Source: a virus. From it: DNA of 64,000 nt. Every line of letters begins with the position of its first letter. The stretch's first letter is position 1. The notes under the pieces were generated by a model. That model did not search any database and was not told the origin of the DNA. It saw only the letters and a program-made list of their open reading frames with translations. The stretch lies in the IMG/VR virus record IMGVR_UViG_3300042922_000265, positions 64,001-128,000 of that record, one strand, 5' to 3'. Position numbers and translations under genes: made by a program. Below are positions 45,492 through 54,584 of the stretch, in pieces.

Positions 45492-45956
45492 CTAGTAGAG
45501 GAGCTGATCGTCAAAGTCCTCGAACGTCGAGGTCTGAGCAGCCGCCACTTTCGGACGGTTGGGGATCAGCTCAGCCACCTGTGATACGAAAGCCTGCACA
45601 GCACGCTGCGCAGCTTCAGGAGTCCAGGTGGAGGTCAAAGTGCGGGCGTGCCGCTGAGCGCGGTACAGCGTTTCTGAGCGGCTCTCCGGGCATTCATGCT
45701 CGGCCAGGAAATTGCTCGCCTCCAGGCGCAGCGTCTGGGCCACCTTGCGGGGGACGCTGGACGTCTTCTCGGACGGCTTGTCGTCGTCCCGATCCTCCCA
45801 GTTGTCTGGGTCCAGATCGTACTTCTCGTGCTCGCGCTGCGGTGCGTTCTTGGTCTCGGCCCAAGGGACACCAGCAGTACGGTGGGTCGGTCCTACCGAC
45901 CGGCGCTGGATGTGCGCGGGCACCGCCAGCGGATCGCGCTCTGCATTCTTGAACAT
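45492..45956 (-). CDS. Hypothetical late protein
   Basis: 154 aa with AGGAGG RBS and late-promoter motif. Confidence 0.6.
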   Translation of the reverse strand: MFKNAERDPLAVPAHIQRRSVGPTHRTAGVPWAETKNAPQREHEKYDLDPDNWEDRDDDKPSEKTSSVPRKVAQTLRLEASNFLAEHECPESRSETLYRAQRHARTLTSTWTPEAAQRAVQAFVSQVAELIPNRPKVAAAQTSTFEDFDDQLLY

Positions 45957-45968
45957 GGCAAGACCTCC

Positions 45969-46004
45969 TACCCATTACGGGGAGAAGGAGATCAAACCGC
46001 AGGG
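45969..46004 (-). promoter_or_regulatory. Putative late promoter
   Basis: CCCTGC-N22-AATGGGTA. Confidence 0.65.
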
Positions 46005-46294
46005 TCGCTGAGCGCCCGGTCGCGCGCCTCGCACCGGTCGTACCGGTAGACCTTGCCGCCCTTGACGCCGTCACGCGGATCAGCCTTGCTGAACTCGTAG
46101 GCCAGAATGGCCAGGCTGTCATTGAGCAGTCGCTTCAGCTGCGGGTCACGAGCCTCGCTGATGCGCTGATTGTCGCAGGCGCGGTGTACGAAGAACATGT
46201 TGGGCCAACGGCCCTCGGTCTCGATGTCGGCGGTGTAGCCGTCCTGCTCTCCACCGAACAGCTCGACGTGGATGGTTTTGGTCTTGATGGCCAT
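45992..46294 (-). CDS. Hypothetical protein
   Basis: ATG 46294 (MAIKTK) after AGGAGG. Confidence 0.6.
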   Translation of the reverse strand: MAIKTKTIHVELFGGEQDGYTADIETEGRWPNMFFVHRACDNQRISEARDPQLKRLLNDSLAILAYEFSKADPRDGVKGGKVYRYDRCEARDRALSDPAV

Positions 46295-46311
46295 GGAAGC
46301 ATCCTCCTGTT

Positions 46312-46347
46312 CACCTATTCCAGGGGGTCCCAGGTTCCATCGCAGGG
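46312..46347 (-). promoter_or_regulatory. Putative late promoter
   Basis: CCCTGC-N22-AATAGGTG. Confidence 0.65.
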
Positions 46348-46707
46348 TCATTTGAAGTCGTCGGAATCGACGCCCTCACCGAAATATGGACCGCTCTTGT
46401 CGCGGTAACTCATCTCGAACTTCTCCAGCAGACTCTGGGCGAGCGCGTCGGTCACGCTGCCGGTGACCACGTAATCGTGTTCAGTGAAAACCTGCTCGAT
46501 GAACCCTCTCAGCTGGCGGTACCGGCGAGCCTCCTCGGCCTCTAGGGCCTCCAGGCGCGCCGCACGATCACGGAGGTGCTCCACGACACTGGCGACCGTG
46601 GCGATCTCATTCACTCCGCCCTCGGTCAGCTTGACCAAGGCGTTGGCCAGGCGGTCCAGGTCGGAGGCGCTCCAGTCCTCATAGGGGTCGAGTTGGTTGA
46701 CCATCAT
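46348..46707 (-). CDS. Hypothetical protein
   Basis: 119 aa, coupled to the upstream gene. Confidence 0.55.
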   Translation of the reverse strand: MMVNQLDPYEDWSASDLDRLANALVKLTEGGVNEIATVASVVEHLRDRAARLEALEAEEARRYRQLRGFIEQVFTEHDYVVTGSVTDALAQSLLEKFEMSYRDKSGPYFGEGVDSDDFK

Positions 46708-47096
46708 CAGACCAACCGCTTTCCGACGCCGCCGGTGATCGGCACGCCAGAAACATCAGGGCCTGGGGCCGGTGCGGCAACGACTTCGCCCCGGTGATCA
46801 TGCCATGGGCACAACTCGACTGCGGCAGACTCCACAATCGCGAAGGCTTCATCCTGATCGTAAAACCAGGGAGCCCCTCGGAAGGCGGCGATCACAGCGG
46901 TGCCGTTGTTGCTGTCCATCGCGGCACAGGCACCCCGGCCCTGAGCGACCATCAAGGCTGAGTCATGGACGATCATCAGGTGGACGCCACCCAGGCGGTC
47001 TAGATAGCCAGGGACGTCCGCCTGCGCCGGAGATGCCATGATCATGGCTCCAGCTACGGACAGCATGCCTGCGAGTGCGAATTTTCCGATTGCCAT
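46707..47096 (-). CDS. Secreted DUF732-like protein
   Basis: Signal peptide ending PAQA-D; YLDRL..GRGAC..AAVELCP pattern. Leaderless. Confidence 0.7.
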   Translation of the reverse strand: MAIGKFALAGMLSVAGAMIMASPAQADVPGYLDRLGGVHLMIVHDSALMVAQGRGACAAMDSNNGTAVIAAFRGAPWFYDQDEAFAIVESAAVELCPWHDHRGEVVAAPAPGPDVSGVPITGGVGKRLV

Positions 47097-47102
47097 AGCA
47101 CA

Positions 47103-47131
47103 AGTATGTCAGACACTAGAACGTTTTGCAA
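47103..47131 (-). promoter_or_regulatory. SigA-like promoter with GTTCTAG box
   Basis: TTGCAA-N17(GTTCTAG)-CATACT, ATG 6 nt downstream. Confidence 0.7.
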
Positions 47132-47639
47132 CCCGGACGATGATCCAGGGAGGCACGCCGTACTTCACGGCCAGGTGCATCCGCAAGATGTCCCGTGCGA
47201 CCTGTGGCGCGGTGCTGGGCAGTCTGCGCATCACGTTGCGGATGCGGGAACGCTGGTAGCGCGTCAGGTGGTGGTATTCACCCTGCCGGGCCTCTGTGGC
47301 CCAACCACGAACTCTCGTCGGCCAGGGAGCCGTCCAACCACTGGCACCGCGTACGTCACCGATGCGCCCATCGAACGTGGGCTCGGCGGTCTGAGACCAC
47401 CACTTGCCGGGGCGTCTGCCGAACAGCGGGTTATAGGCGCGCCGGTACATGCCGTCTTGTAGGTACTCGCCGAGCTTCAAGCCCACGGAGAACTCACGAC
47501 GAAGACGAAGCTCATACTGGTGTGGGCTGAGGATTCCGTGAATCGGCCCGGTGACCAGATCTTCGTCGGCCCGGTCCAACGCCAGGATGGCCCAAGCCTG
47601 GTCTTCCAGGTCTTGGGCCACCCCGTAGTGGAGATCCAC
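47109..47639 (-). CDS. Hypothetical basic protein
   Basis: 176-aa ORF abutting the upstream stop. Confidence 0.5.
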   Translation of the reverse strand: MDLHYGVAQDLEDQAWAILALDRADEDLVTGPIHGILSPHQYELRLRREFSVGLKLGEYLQDGMYRRAYNPLFGRRPGKWWSQTAEPTFDGRIGDVRGASGWTAPWPTRVRGWATEARQGEYHHLTRYQRSRIRNVMRRLPSTAPQVARDILRMHLAVKYGVPPWIIVRVAKRSSV

Positions 47640-48833
47640 TTAGACGTTGGCCGCCGCTGCCAGCTGCATGGCCTGGACTGCGGTGCCCTCCAGCTCGAAC
47701 GCGCGATCCGGGTTGTCGACCCGCTGGACCATCGAGGTGACCGCGTGCATGATGCCGCCGGAGGTCAGCTGGCCGCCCCGCATGAAGTCGTCCAGGATCA
47801 TGTCCTGCTCGCCCTCGGAGTACTGGAGCTTCTTGCCCACCAGCTTGACGGTGTCGTCGGCGTTGGAACCGGGGATCTCGACGCCCGCGTCCTTGATCAG
47901 GTCGTCGCGCAGGCTGGTCAGGTAGCCCTCCGAGAGGAAGGACTTGACCGCATCCTTGACCTGGGCGCGGACGAACTCGTTGGCCGCGTCCTGGGTCTCG
48001 GTGCTCCAGTTGATGGAGCCGGTCTCCAGCTTGCCGCCCAGGTGGACCTTGCGGAAGCCGTCCACGTCCCGACGCAGACCGTTCTTGCAGACCTGGACCA
48101 CCGCGCGGGGCAGGATCTGGAAGGCACCACGGCCCACCTCGGAGTTGGTGAACACCAGGCCCGCGCTCATGAACGGGTTGTCCTTGGAGTCCTGGTCATA
48201 GAAGTGGTAGCCCTTCACCAGGTCCTGGGCGTGGATCTTGATCTCCGGCACGTCGACTGCCAGGTAGATGCGCTCGTCGGAGAGATCGATACCGGTGATG
48301 TTGGAGGCGTCCAGGCGCTTCTCGACGCCGTCCTCGCCGGTCACGGTGACCTCACGCAGGCCCTGCAGGACGCTCATGACGGTGTCCAGGTGGTCCCGGA
48401 AGCCGTAGCGGTCGCTCAGGATGGCCCGCACGTAGCCCATCGAGGTGGGGTCCTCCGGGTTGGAGCCCTGGATGATGCGCAGCAGGCTGCGACCCGTGGC
48501 GTCGGCAGCCCACTCGTTGACGTTGGTGTCCAGCAGCGAGACCTTCTCGGCCCGCATGCGGCGAATGTAGCGGACCGGGATGCCGAACAGGTCGGCGAGG
48601 TTCTGGTCCACGATGTGCGCGGTGTCGTAGGCACCGTTCGGGTTGGTCACGCCGTCGCCGTCGAGGATGATCTCCTGACCGTCGATGATGATGCGACCCA
48701 TCTCCAGGTGGATGGAGTTGGTGGGGACCACGAGGTCCACCTTGGCCGCGTGCTGGTCCTTGAGGACCTGCACCAGGGTCGGCAGATCGGCGTTGCGAAG
48801 GGTGCGGGTGGGAAGCGGGGCGAGAGTGGTCAT
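47640..48833 (-). CDS. DUF932-like protein
   Basis: TNSEVGRGA...VCKNG motif, strong codon bias. Confidence 0.65.
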   Translation of the reverse strand: MTTLAPLPTRTLRNADLPTLVQVLKDQHAAKVDLVVPTNSIHLEMGRIIIDGQEIILDGDGVTNPNGAYDTAHIVDQNLADLFGIPVRYIRRMRAEKVSLLDTNVNEWAADATGRSLLRIIQGSNPEDPTSMGYVRAILSDRYGFRDHLDTVMSVLQGLREVTVTGEDGVEKRLDASNITGIDLSDERIYLAVDVPEIKIHAQDLVKGYHFYDQDSKDNPFMSAGLVFTNSEVGRGAFQILPRAVVQVCKNGLRRDVDGFRKVHLGGKLETGSINWSTETQDAANEFVRAQVKDAVKSFLSEGYLTSLRDDLIKDAGVEIPGSNADDTVKLVGKKLQYSEGEQDMILDDFMRGGQLTSGGIMHAVTSMVQRVDNPDRAFELEGTAVQAMQLAAAANV

Positions 48834-48917
48834 GTGTTGTGTTCTCCTTCGGGGTGTGTCTGACTGACAGGATCTACTTTACACCCTCTATAGGACAAAA
48901 CACAACACCTACTAGAA

Positions 48918-49373
48918 CTAGCTGGTAGACGCCTTGATTTCGTCGTCAACCCTGTAGGGTTCCAGCCAGATCTCCAGCCGGTCCAGGGCACCATCCCCAC
49001 CGGTCTTCTCCACCCAGCCGTAGATGTACCCGGCGGCGAACGCCAGGGCCTGGTCCACGTCCTCGTCAGCCAAACTGATCACCACCGGGATCTCGCCGTC
49101 GTGCATCAGCTGCAGCGGTTCATGACCACCCTCGCCCTCCACGCTGGACCACACGGTCACCTGCTGGCCCATGGCCCCGGTCTTGAACACTGGGAACTGG
49201 GTGGCGATACGGTAGGGCTTAACCTCCTTGGGTACCGAGGGGTTCGGCGTCACCTCCACTCGGACGTGCTGGTCGGGATGCAGCTCACGGTGCTGGCGCG
49301 CCTGAGCAAGGAGATCCTGCGCCTGCGCGTTCTTCCTCAGCTGCTCCAGCCGCTCGCTCATGGGGTCGGACAT
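48918..49373 (-). CDS. Hypothetical protein
   Basis: 151 aa with AAGGAG RBS. Confidence 0.55.
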   Translation of the reverse strand: MSDPMSERLEQLRKNAQAQDLLAQARQHRELHPDQHVRVEVTPNPSVPKEVKPYRIATQFPVFKTGAMGQQVTVWSSVEGEGGHEPLQLMHDGEIPVVISLADEDVDQALAFAAGYIYGWVEKTGGDGALDRLEIWLEPYRVDDEIKASTS

Positions 49374-49668
49374 ACTTCTCCTTCATCGCGATGGCCAGAC
49401 GGTACACCGCTGCCTCGCCGTACATGGTCTTGTCGATCTTGCCGTGCGTAACCACCCGATACTCCAGATCATGATCTGCAGCAAGACAAGACGTGGTGTC
49501 GTAGATCAACGCCAGAACGTAGGTCGGAAAGTGCTTGCCCTGGCTGGGGGTAATGTCACGCGTTAGCGACCAAGAGAACAACAGCGGCAGATCCGGCAGC
49601 GGAATCTCGCCGAACTCCGGGATCTCCGGCAGCTCAGAACCCCATGCCTCGATCCACGGTGTGGTCAC
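49285..49668 (-). CDS. Hypothetical protein
   Basis: GTGA-coupled start at 49668. Confidence 0.5.
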   Translation of the reverse strand: MTTPWIEAWGSELPEIPEFGEIPLPDLPLLFSWSLTRDITPSQGKHFPTYVLALIYDTTSCLAADHDLEYRVVTHGKIDKTMYGEAAVYRLAIAMKEKYVRPHERAAGAAEEERAGAGSPCSGAPAP

Positions 49669-50624
49669 TTCTTCACCAGCTGTGTCCACTCGCCTTCAGG
49701 AGAAATGCGCCAGACCGTGTCATGCAGGTCCTGTCGTTCGGCGAAGCTCTTGGTGTCCAACCACGCGGTCACGAGGTTGTGAATGGAGCATTCCAGCAGG
49801 TCGTCGTTGGCCCGTTCGTGCAGCGGATGCTTGCTGTTGAAGAACCCCCTGCTGTCGATACGGACGATATGGCCTTTCTCGTCATCACCAAGGTCGCGCA
49901 AGTACTTGCGGGCCTCGGCGAGGTCCTTACGCAGCCACTGCGCCTCGCTCACATGCGGCTTAGTGTCCCACTGGTTGATGCCCCAGACGATGGCATGCAG
50001 AGCGATCTGGAAGTGCCAGCCCCACTCGCGCAGGTCCCACTCCCAGCTATCGGTGAACTCGTAGTCCGGGCGGACGCTACCTCGCCGACGAGCCCTGGAC
50101 ATCCACTGCGGGACGAAGTCCTTGGCGGGCTCCGGCGGCGGTTCGGGGTGGTAGTACTGGAAGTTGTTCAGCCGACGGTGCGCCTCGTTCTCATCGATCT
50201 CGTCAAGACCGTCCAGGACCTCTTCCCGGATCGCCTTCCAGATGGGCGCGTGTGGGCGATCGACCCACTCCTGGGACTCGCGGAAGTGCTCGTAGACCCG
50301 GCGCTTGAGCGTGTCGGTGGAGAACTTCTTGGCCGTCTCCCGGACCGGTCCCTGTAGCTTCTCGGCCCAGTATTGCTCGTTGATATGACCGACCGGCGAC
50401 CGGAAGAACTCGAACATGTCCGAGATGCGGGCGAAGTGGTAGTCCTCCAGGTCCCCGGTGATAACCAGGTGTCCCGGCCAGGTGACCAGGTCGAAGCGCC
50501 AGATGCTGGTCCCTGGTTCCTGGAAGCGCACGTGCCGGTAGAGGCCCTCGTCCTTGAGCACGATCATCCGGTGATTGGTGACCGAGCACTGCAGCATGGA
50601 CAGTGGGGTGTGCGGCGTCGTCAC
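49665..50624 (-). CDS. Conserved phage hypothetical protein
   Basis: 319 aa with FDLVTWPGHLVITGD...DMFEFFR...YWAEK. Confidence 0.65.
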   Translation of the reverse strand: MTTPHTPLSMLQCSVTNHRMIVLKDEGLYRHVRFQEPGTSIWRFDLVTWPGHLVITGDLEDYHFARISDMFEFFRSPVGHINEQYWAEKLQGPVRETAKKFSTDTLKRRVYEHFRESQEWVDRPHAPIWKAIREEVLDGLDEIDENEAHRRLNNFQYYHPEPPPEPAKDFVPQWMSRARRRGSVRPDYEFTDSWEWDLREWGWHFQIALHAIVWGINQWDTKPHVSEAQWLRKDLAEARKYLRDLGDDEKGHIVRIDSRGFFNSKHPLHERANDDLLECSIHNLVTAWLDTKSFAERQDLHDTVWRISPEGEWTQLVKK

Positions 50625-50830
50625 GAGCGATTCACCCGCAACTCAGCGGTAACCGTGCACCAGTCGCTGCCCTTCTTGTCGCCAGCCATGTCGCGACCGG
50701 CGACGTGATGGGTGACCTTCAGTGGCTTCTTGGGGTCGATACCGAGGCCCTCCGCTGCATCGGCCCAGTCCCGGATGGACTGCAGCGTGAGCACCTCGTC
50801 GGGGTCGACGTTGAGCTTGAGTTCGATCAC
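50621..50830 (-). CDS. Hypothetical protein
   Basis: 69 aa, coupled. Confidence 0.55.
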   Translation of the reverse strand: MIELKLNVDPDEVLTLQSIRDWADAAEGLGIDPKKPLKVTHHVAGRDMAGDKKGSDWCTVTAELRVNRS

Positions 50831-50985
50831 TTCACGTACTCCACGTAAGAGTCGTTTTCCCCACCGAGGTGGGCAAGGCGCGCGGGAATGGACAGGCCCG
50901 CGTGTCCGACGTGAGCCTCACCGGTCACCGACAACTCGCGAGCGGCAGCGCGGTCGATCTCCTTGCCCTCGTAGAAGTACCTCAT
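50827..50985 (-). CDS. Small hypothetical protein (52 aa)
   Basis: Hand-translated MRYFYEGKEI, AAGGAG RBS, GTGA-coupled. Confidence 0.55.
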   Translation of the reverse strand: MRYFYEGKEIDRAAARELSVTGEAHVGHAGLSIPARLAHLGGENDSYVEYVK

Positions 50986-51017
50986 TTTGCTCCTTCTTGG
51001 TAGTCGCTATACGGATT

Positions 51018-52109
51018 CTACAGCCTTGCGGGATCGCGATCGTACTGAATCATGGCCGCCTTCTTGGCCAGCTCCTCCTCGATCCATTTCTGCGACTCCT
51101 TGACCTTGACGTCGAAGTAGCCCTGTGGATCGTTGGGGTCCGCACGCGGCAGCACCCGGTAATTCAGATGGTGGATCTGGGCGTACTGAATCCACCATTC
51201 GTCACTGATCTCACGGCGGTCACCGCCATAGCGCAGCGGATCGGGCTCGAACGGAATCTCCGACGGCGTGATGATGTACAGATCGCTCTTGAGCGCATCG
51301 GCCTGCTTGAGCAGGGCCATGGGTGGATAGTCCCGCAGCCGGGGGAGGCTCCAGGTGTCCAGGCTGTCGTAGTGATTGGCCCAGTACTGCCAGTAGCCGT
51401 GCGTGCTGTACAAGTCGGTGTCCTGGACGCGCAAGGGTGTCCTGAAGGGCATCCGCTGCAGCGCCGCCTGACCGCGCCAGATGTTGGTCATCGACTCGAT
51501 CGTGATGCGATTTTCAACGTTCTCCAGGTACGGCCTGGCGAACTCCACGGTCTGGTCGCACCAGTTGTTGCGCTGCAGCTCACGGGTCAGCCGGGTCTTG
51601 CCGGTCGACTCCGCACCGAAGATGGTCACCGTGGTCTGCAGGAATTTGCGGAACTCCGGGAGGATCAGCCCGAACTTCTTCAGCGGCTCCTCGCGGATGG
51701 CGGTGCCGCTGACCCGGTTCATCACTCGTTCGACGTCGAAGGGCATCCAGATGGCATCGGTCATCTCCGCACACCACTTGCAATAGGGCTCACTGCCGAC
51801 GATGTAGTCACCGGGCTGGATGCCCATGCCCAGCAGCATGCCCTGCCACAGCTCGCGGAACCCCTGGCCCTGGGCATCCTCGGGCAGCTGCTTGTGCAGG
51901 TGGAACAGCTTGACGTTCGAGGCCAGCTTGAAGTCATTCTTGATCGCCAGCTCCAGCGCGCCCTTGCGCTGCCAGACCATCGGCTCCGATGGCATCGTCC
52001 CCAGCATCACCGTGACACCGTCCTCGGCCAACAGAGAGGCGTAGCGGATCAGCTCCATGTGCCCCACCGTCGGCGGGATGCAGGTGAGCATCACGAACGC
52101 TCTGGCCAT
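51018..52109 (-). CDS. nadR: NadR-like NMN adenylyltransferase / nicotinamide riboside kinase
   Basis: PPTVGH (HxGH variant), VSGTAIR, Walker A GAESTGKT, DTD motif. Adjacent to pnuC. Confidence 0.85.
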   Translation of the reverse strand: MARAFVMLTCIPPTVGHMELIRYASLLAEDGVTVMLGTMPSEPMVWQRKGALELAIKNDFKLASNVKLFHLHKQLPEDAQGQGFRELWQGMLLGMGIQPGDYIVGSEPYCKWCAEMTDAIWMPFDVERVMNRVSGTAIREEPLKKFGLILPEFRKFLQTTVTIFGAESTGKTRLTRELQRNNWCDQTVEFARPYLENVENRITIESMTNIWRGQAALQRMPFRTPLRVQDTDLYSTHGYWQYWANHYDSLDTWSLPRLRDYPPMALLKQADALKSDLYIITPSEIPFEPDPLRYGGDRREISDEWWIQYAQIHHLNYRVLPRADPNDPQGYFDVKVKESQKWIEEELAKKAAMIQYDRDPARL

Positions 52110-52864
52110 CAGAAGTCTCCTCGGGCGGCCTGCGTGGCGGCGATCTCGTCGGGTGTTGCCTCACGGACTCCGACCGCTTTCCACTCCCTGCTGCGATTCC
52201 ACATCCAGAAGCCAACCACGGTGTTGACCAGGAATAGCACGTACTGGAAGCCAGCCAGCGGCAGACCCGAGCTGAAGTAGGTGTAGATGGCGGCCACGTT
52301 GACCACGGCCCATACCGCCCACGTCTCCAGCTTCTTGTTGTCCAGCAGCATCTGCGCCAGCACGGTGCCGATCAGAATCAGAGCGTCCGCCGGGGCGAAC
52401 CGTCCTCCAAGACCCTCCACGATCTCCACAGCACCCCAGTAGGTCAGCGCCGTCAGGATGACGTACATCGGCAGCCAGCGCAGCTTCAGGCGGCTCACAG
52501 AACGAGCCTGGTCGTCCGAACGCCACCGGAACCAGCCGTACACCAGGTACGGGCACAGGTAGGCGTTCAGAATGGCCGAGGCAGCCAGGTCACTCTGCCA
52601 GAACAGCACCGCGTAGGCCGCCGTGCTCACCGCGCCGATCGGGTAGTTGATCCGGCGCTGACGCACGCACAGCCAGGTGCAGGCATAGCTGGTGTAGACA
52701 GCGAACGCCTCCAGCGGGTTGATGCCATCAGGGAGCCAGCCTGCCCACAGAGCGATGGCGTAGCTACCACTGGTGAACAGACTGGCCAGCGCGAACGCTT
52801 CCACCAGATGACCGATCAGCTTCTCGCGTCGGATGACCTTGGTGTAGTACTCCGGGACTGTCAT
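52109..52864 (-). CDS. pnuC: Nicotinamide riboside transporter PnuC
   Basis: Multi-TM. YGWFRW and AQMLL..KKLETWAVW..VN motifs. ATG 52864. Confidence 0.85.
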   Translation of the reverse strand: MTVPEYYTKVIRREKLIGHLVEAFALASLFTSGSYAIALWAGWLPDGINPLEAFAVYTSYACTWLCVRQRRINYPIGAVSTAAYAVLFWQSDLAASAILNAYLCPYLVYGWFRWRSDDQARSVSRLKLRWLPMYVILTALTYWGAVEIVEGLGGRFAPADALILIGTVLAQMLLDNKKLETWAVWAVVNVAAIYTYFSSGLPLAGFQYVLFLVNTVVGFWMWNRSREWKAVGVREATPDEIAATQAARGDF

Positions 52865-53046
52865 TTCTTGTCTCGGTTGTAGGCGTCCCAGTTGCAGCTC
52901 AAACCACCCGAGCTGTTGCCGACGCACCAGACCTCACCGCCATACTCGTCCGCCGGGAGCCAGGCCCCGGTGTTGGTGATGCCCTCGATGCCGCAGCCGG
53001 TCAGGACGACAGCCAAGGCGGCCATCCCGATGATCATCTTCTTCAC
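52861..53046 (-). CDS. Small lipoprotein
   Basis: Lipobox LTGC, C-terminal GGLSCNW. Confidence 0.6.
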   Translation of the reverse strand: MKKMIIGMAALAVVLTGCGIEGITNTGAWLPADEYGGEVWCVGNSSGGLSCNWDAYNRDKK

Positions 53047-53339
53047 TTCTTGCTCCAATCGCAGCTCAAGCCGCCGTAATCGACGGGCATCCATACACAC
53101 GGAAGTGTGCGCCCGTCCTTGAGGTTGATGTCGATCTCGTAGGTGTAGGGGACCGTGCCGGTGTAGCCGCGATCCTGGACGGTGGCCTCTTCTTTGGACA
53201 CGGTGTCGCAGCCAACCAAGAAGATCATGACTAGCCCCAGGAGGACCCCAAGCGCCATGGCTTGAAAGAGGGCCTCCAGACGCTCCACCCGGCCCTGGAG
53301 TGTGATGGTGCCAGAGGCATCACGGTCGAAATGCTTCAT
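53043..53339 (-). CDS. Lipoprotein / membrane protein
   Basis: ATG 53339, lipobox-like LVGC, C-terminal GGLSCDW. Confidence 0.6.
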   Translation of the reverse strand: MKHFDRDASGTITLQGRVERLEALFQAMALGVLLGLVMIFLVGCDTVSKEEATVQDRGYTGTVPYTYEIDINLKDGRTLPCVWMPVDYGGLSCDWSKK

Positions 53340-53731
53340 CGCCGTCGCATCCTCACGGTGATGCCCAGACGGGTCTCCAACTCGGTCATGCGCTCTTGCA
53401 ATGCGACCTCGCGGTCGGGCTCCTCTTCGGTCTCTCGCACGATTGTCCTCGCTGCTCGGATGGTGGCCGCCACGATCTCGTCGATCGTGGCGGTTTCGAC
53501 GTTCAGCCGCCGGTAGTCGGAGTTGGGCTCGTGCAAGAACTCCAGCTTGCCGGTGCGGTAGGACAGACGTTTCTTGCCCCGCCAGTTGGTCTCCAGTTCC
53601 TTGCTCCACAAGGTTCCCCACACCTCACCAGCGCGAAAGTCCAGCTCCAGGAGCCAGCCGTAGCCCTTGGGTGGCGCAGGCATCGCGGGTTCCAACTCGG
53701 TGACGTAGCCGCCGTTCACGCTCCCGGTCAT
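53336..53731 (-). CDS. Hypothetical protein
   Basis: ATGA-coupled start at 53731. Confidence 0.55.
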   Translation of the reverse strand: MTGSVNGGYVTELEPAMPAPPKGYGWLLELDFRAGEVWGTLWSKELETNWRGKKRLSYRTGKLEFLHEPNSDYRRLNVETATIDEIVAATIRAARTIVRETEEEPDREVALQERMTELETRLGITVRMRRR

Positions 53732-53934
53732 CGTGCCTCCAATTGTTCGACGAGCAGATCGAAGGTGCCGACCTGGACCAGACCCTTGAAGAGCAAGCCC
53801 ATGGCCACGATCCATAGAACGGAAGTGACCGTCGCGGCGAGAACCGACCCGATGATGGTCTCGGCTTGTGCCATCCCCATCATGAAGTACAGGCAGATGA
53901 AGTAGGCGATCGCAGCCAGCGGCAGGTAGCTCAT
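53728..53934 (-). CDS. Two-TM membrane protein
   Basis: 68 aa, hydrophobic. Confidence 0.55.
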   Translation of the reverse strand: MSYLPLAAIAYFICLYFMMGMAQAETIIGSVLAATVTSVLWIVAMGLLFKGLVQVGTFDLLVEQLEAR

Positions 53935-54179
53935 TGGACCACCTGCGGTGGCAGCATCAGTTCGACCCAGGTGGTGGGCTCCGGGGGTGCCAGCGGCACC
54001 GTGGGGCTCAGCAGGTCCTCGATGTACTGATCGAGAAACGGGGTGATCTGCTCCTCGGGCTGGACGGTGTAGACCGTTTCCGAAGGTTGGGCTTCCGGCG
54101 GGTTCTCCGGTGAGGTACCGCAGGCACTCAGTCCGAGCGCGGCGGCGACCGCCATGGTGGCGATGAGGGTACGGTTCAT
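53931..54179 (-). CDS. Lipoprotein
   Basis: Signal peptide with lipobox LSAC. Confidence 0.65.
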   Translation of the reverse strand: MNRTLIATMAVAAALGLSACGTSPENPPEAQPSETVYTVQPEEQITPFLDQYIEDLLSPTVPLAPPEPTTWVELMLPPQVVQ

Positions 54180-54229
54180 GGTCTCTTCCTGGTGGGTGAT
54201 TGGATACTTACTATAACACTTCTACAGGG

Positions 54230-54475
54230 TCAGTAGCCCAGTGCGCGGGCGCGGCGAGCCTCGTTCTCCTCCCGGTTGTTGCGCTCCTCGCGCTCGCGAC
54301 GATTCCGGGCCTTGGACTCTTCCTCAGTCTCGGCGATCGTGGCCTTGAGTCGGTCGATCTCGTCCAGGGCCTCCAGGTGACTGTCCAGGACCTGGGCGTA
54401 AGAGTTGCTGTCCACGTAGAAGCTCATCTTGTGGGCAAACCGACGCTTGTCCTGCAGCGTCTCGCGCTTCATCAT
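54230..54475 (-). CDS. Coiled-coil hypothetical protein
   Basis: 81 aa with GGAGG RBS. Confidence 0.55.
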   Translation of the reverse strand: MMKRETLQDKRRFAHKMSFYVDSNSYAQVLDSHLEALDEIDRLKATIAETEEESKARNRREREERNNREENEARRARALGY

Positions 54476-54584
54476 TTCTCGCCTCCGGTGATGTCATTGA
54501 TGGTTTGGTTGGCCATTGCCCGCACCGAGCAGGCCAAGGCCAGCGGGATCAGCAGGACCGCGATGACGGCCACCCAACCCCACA

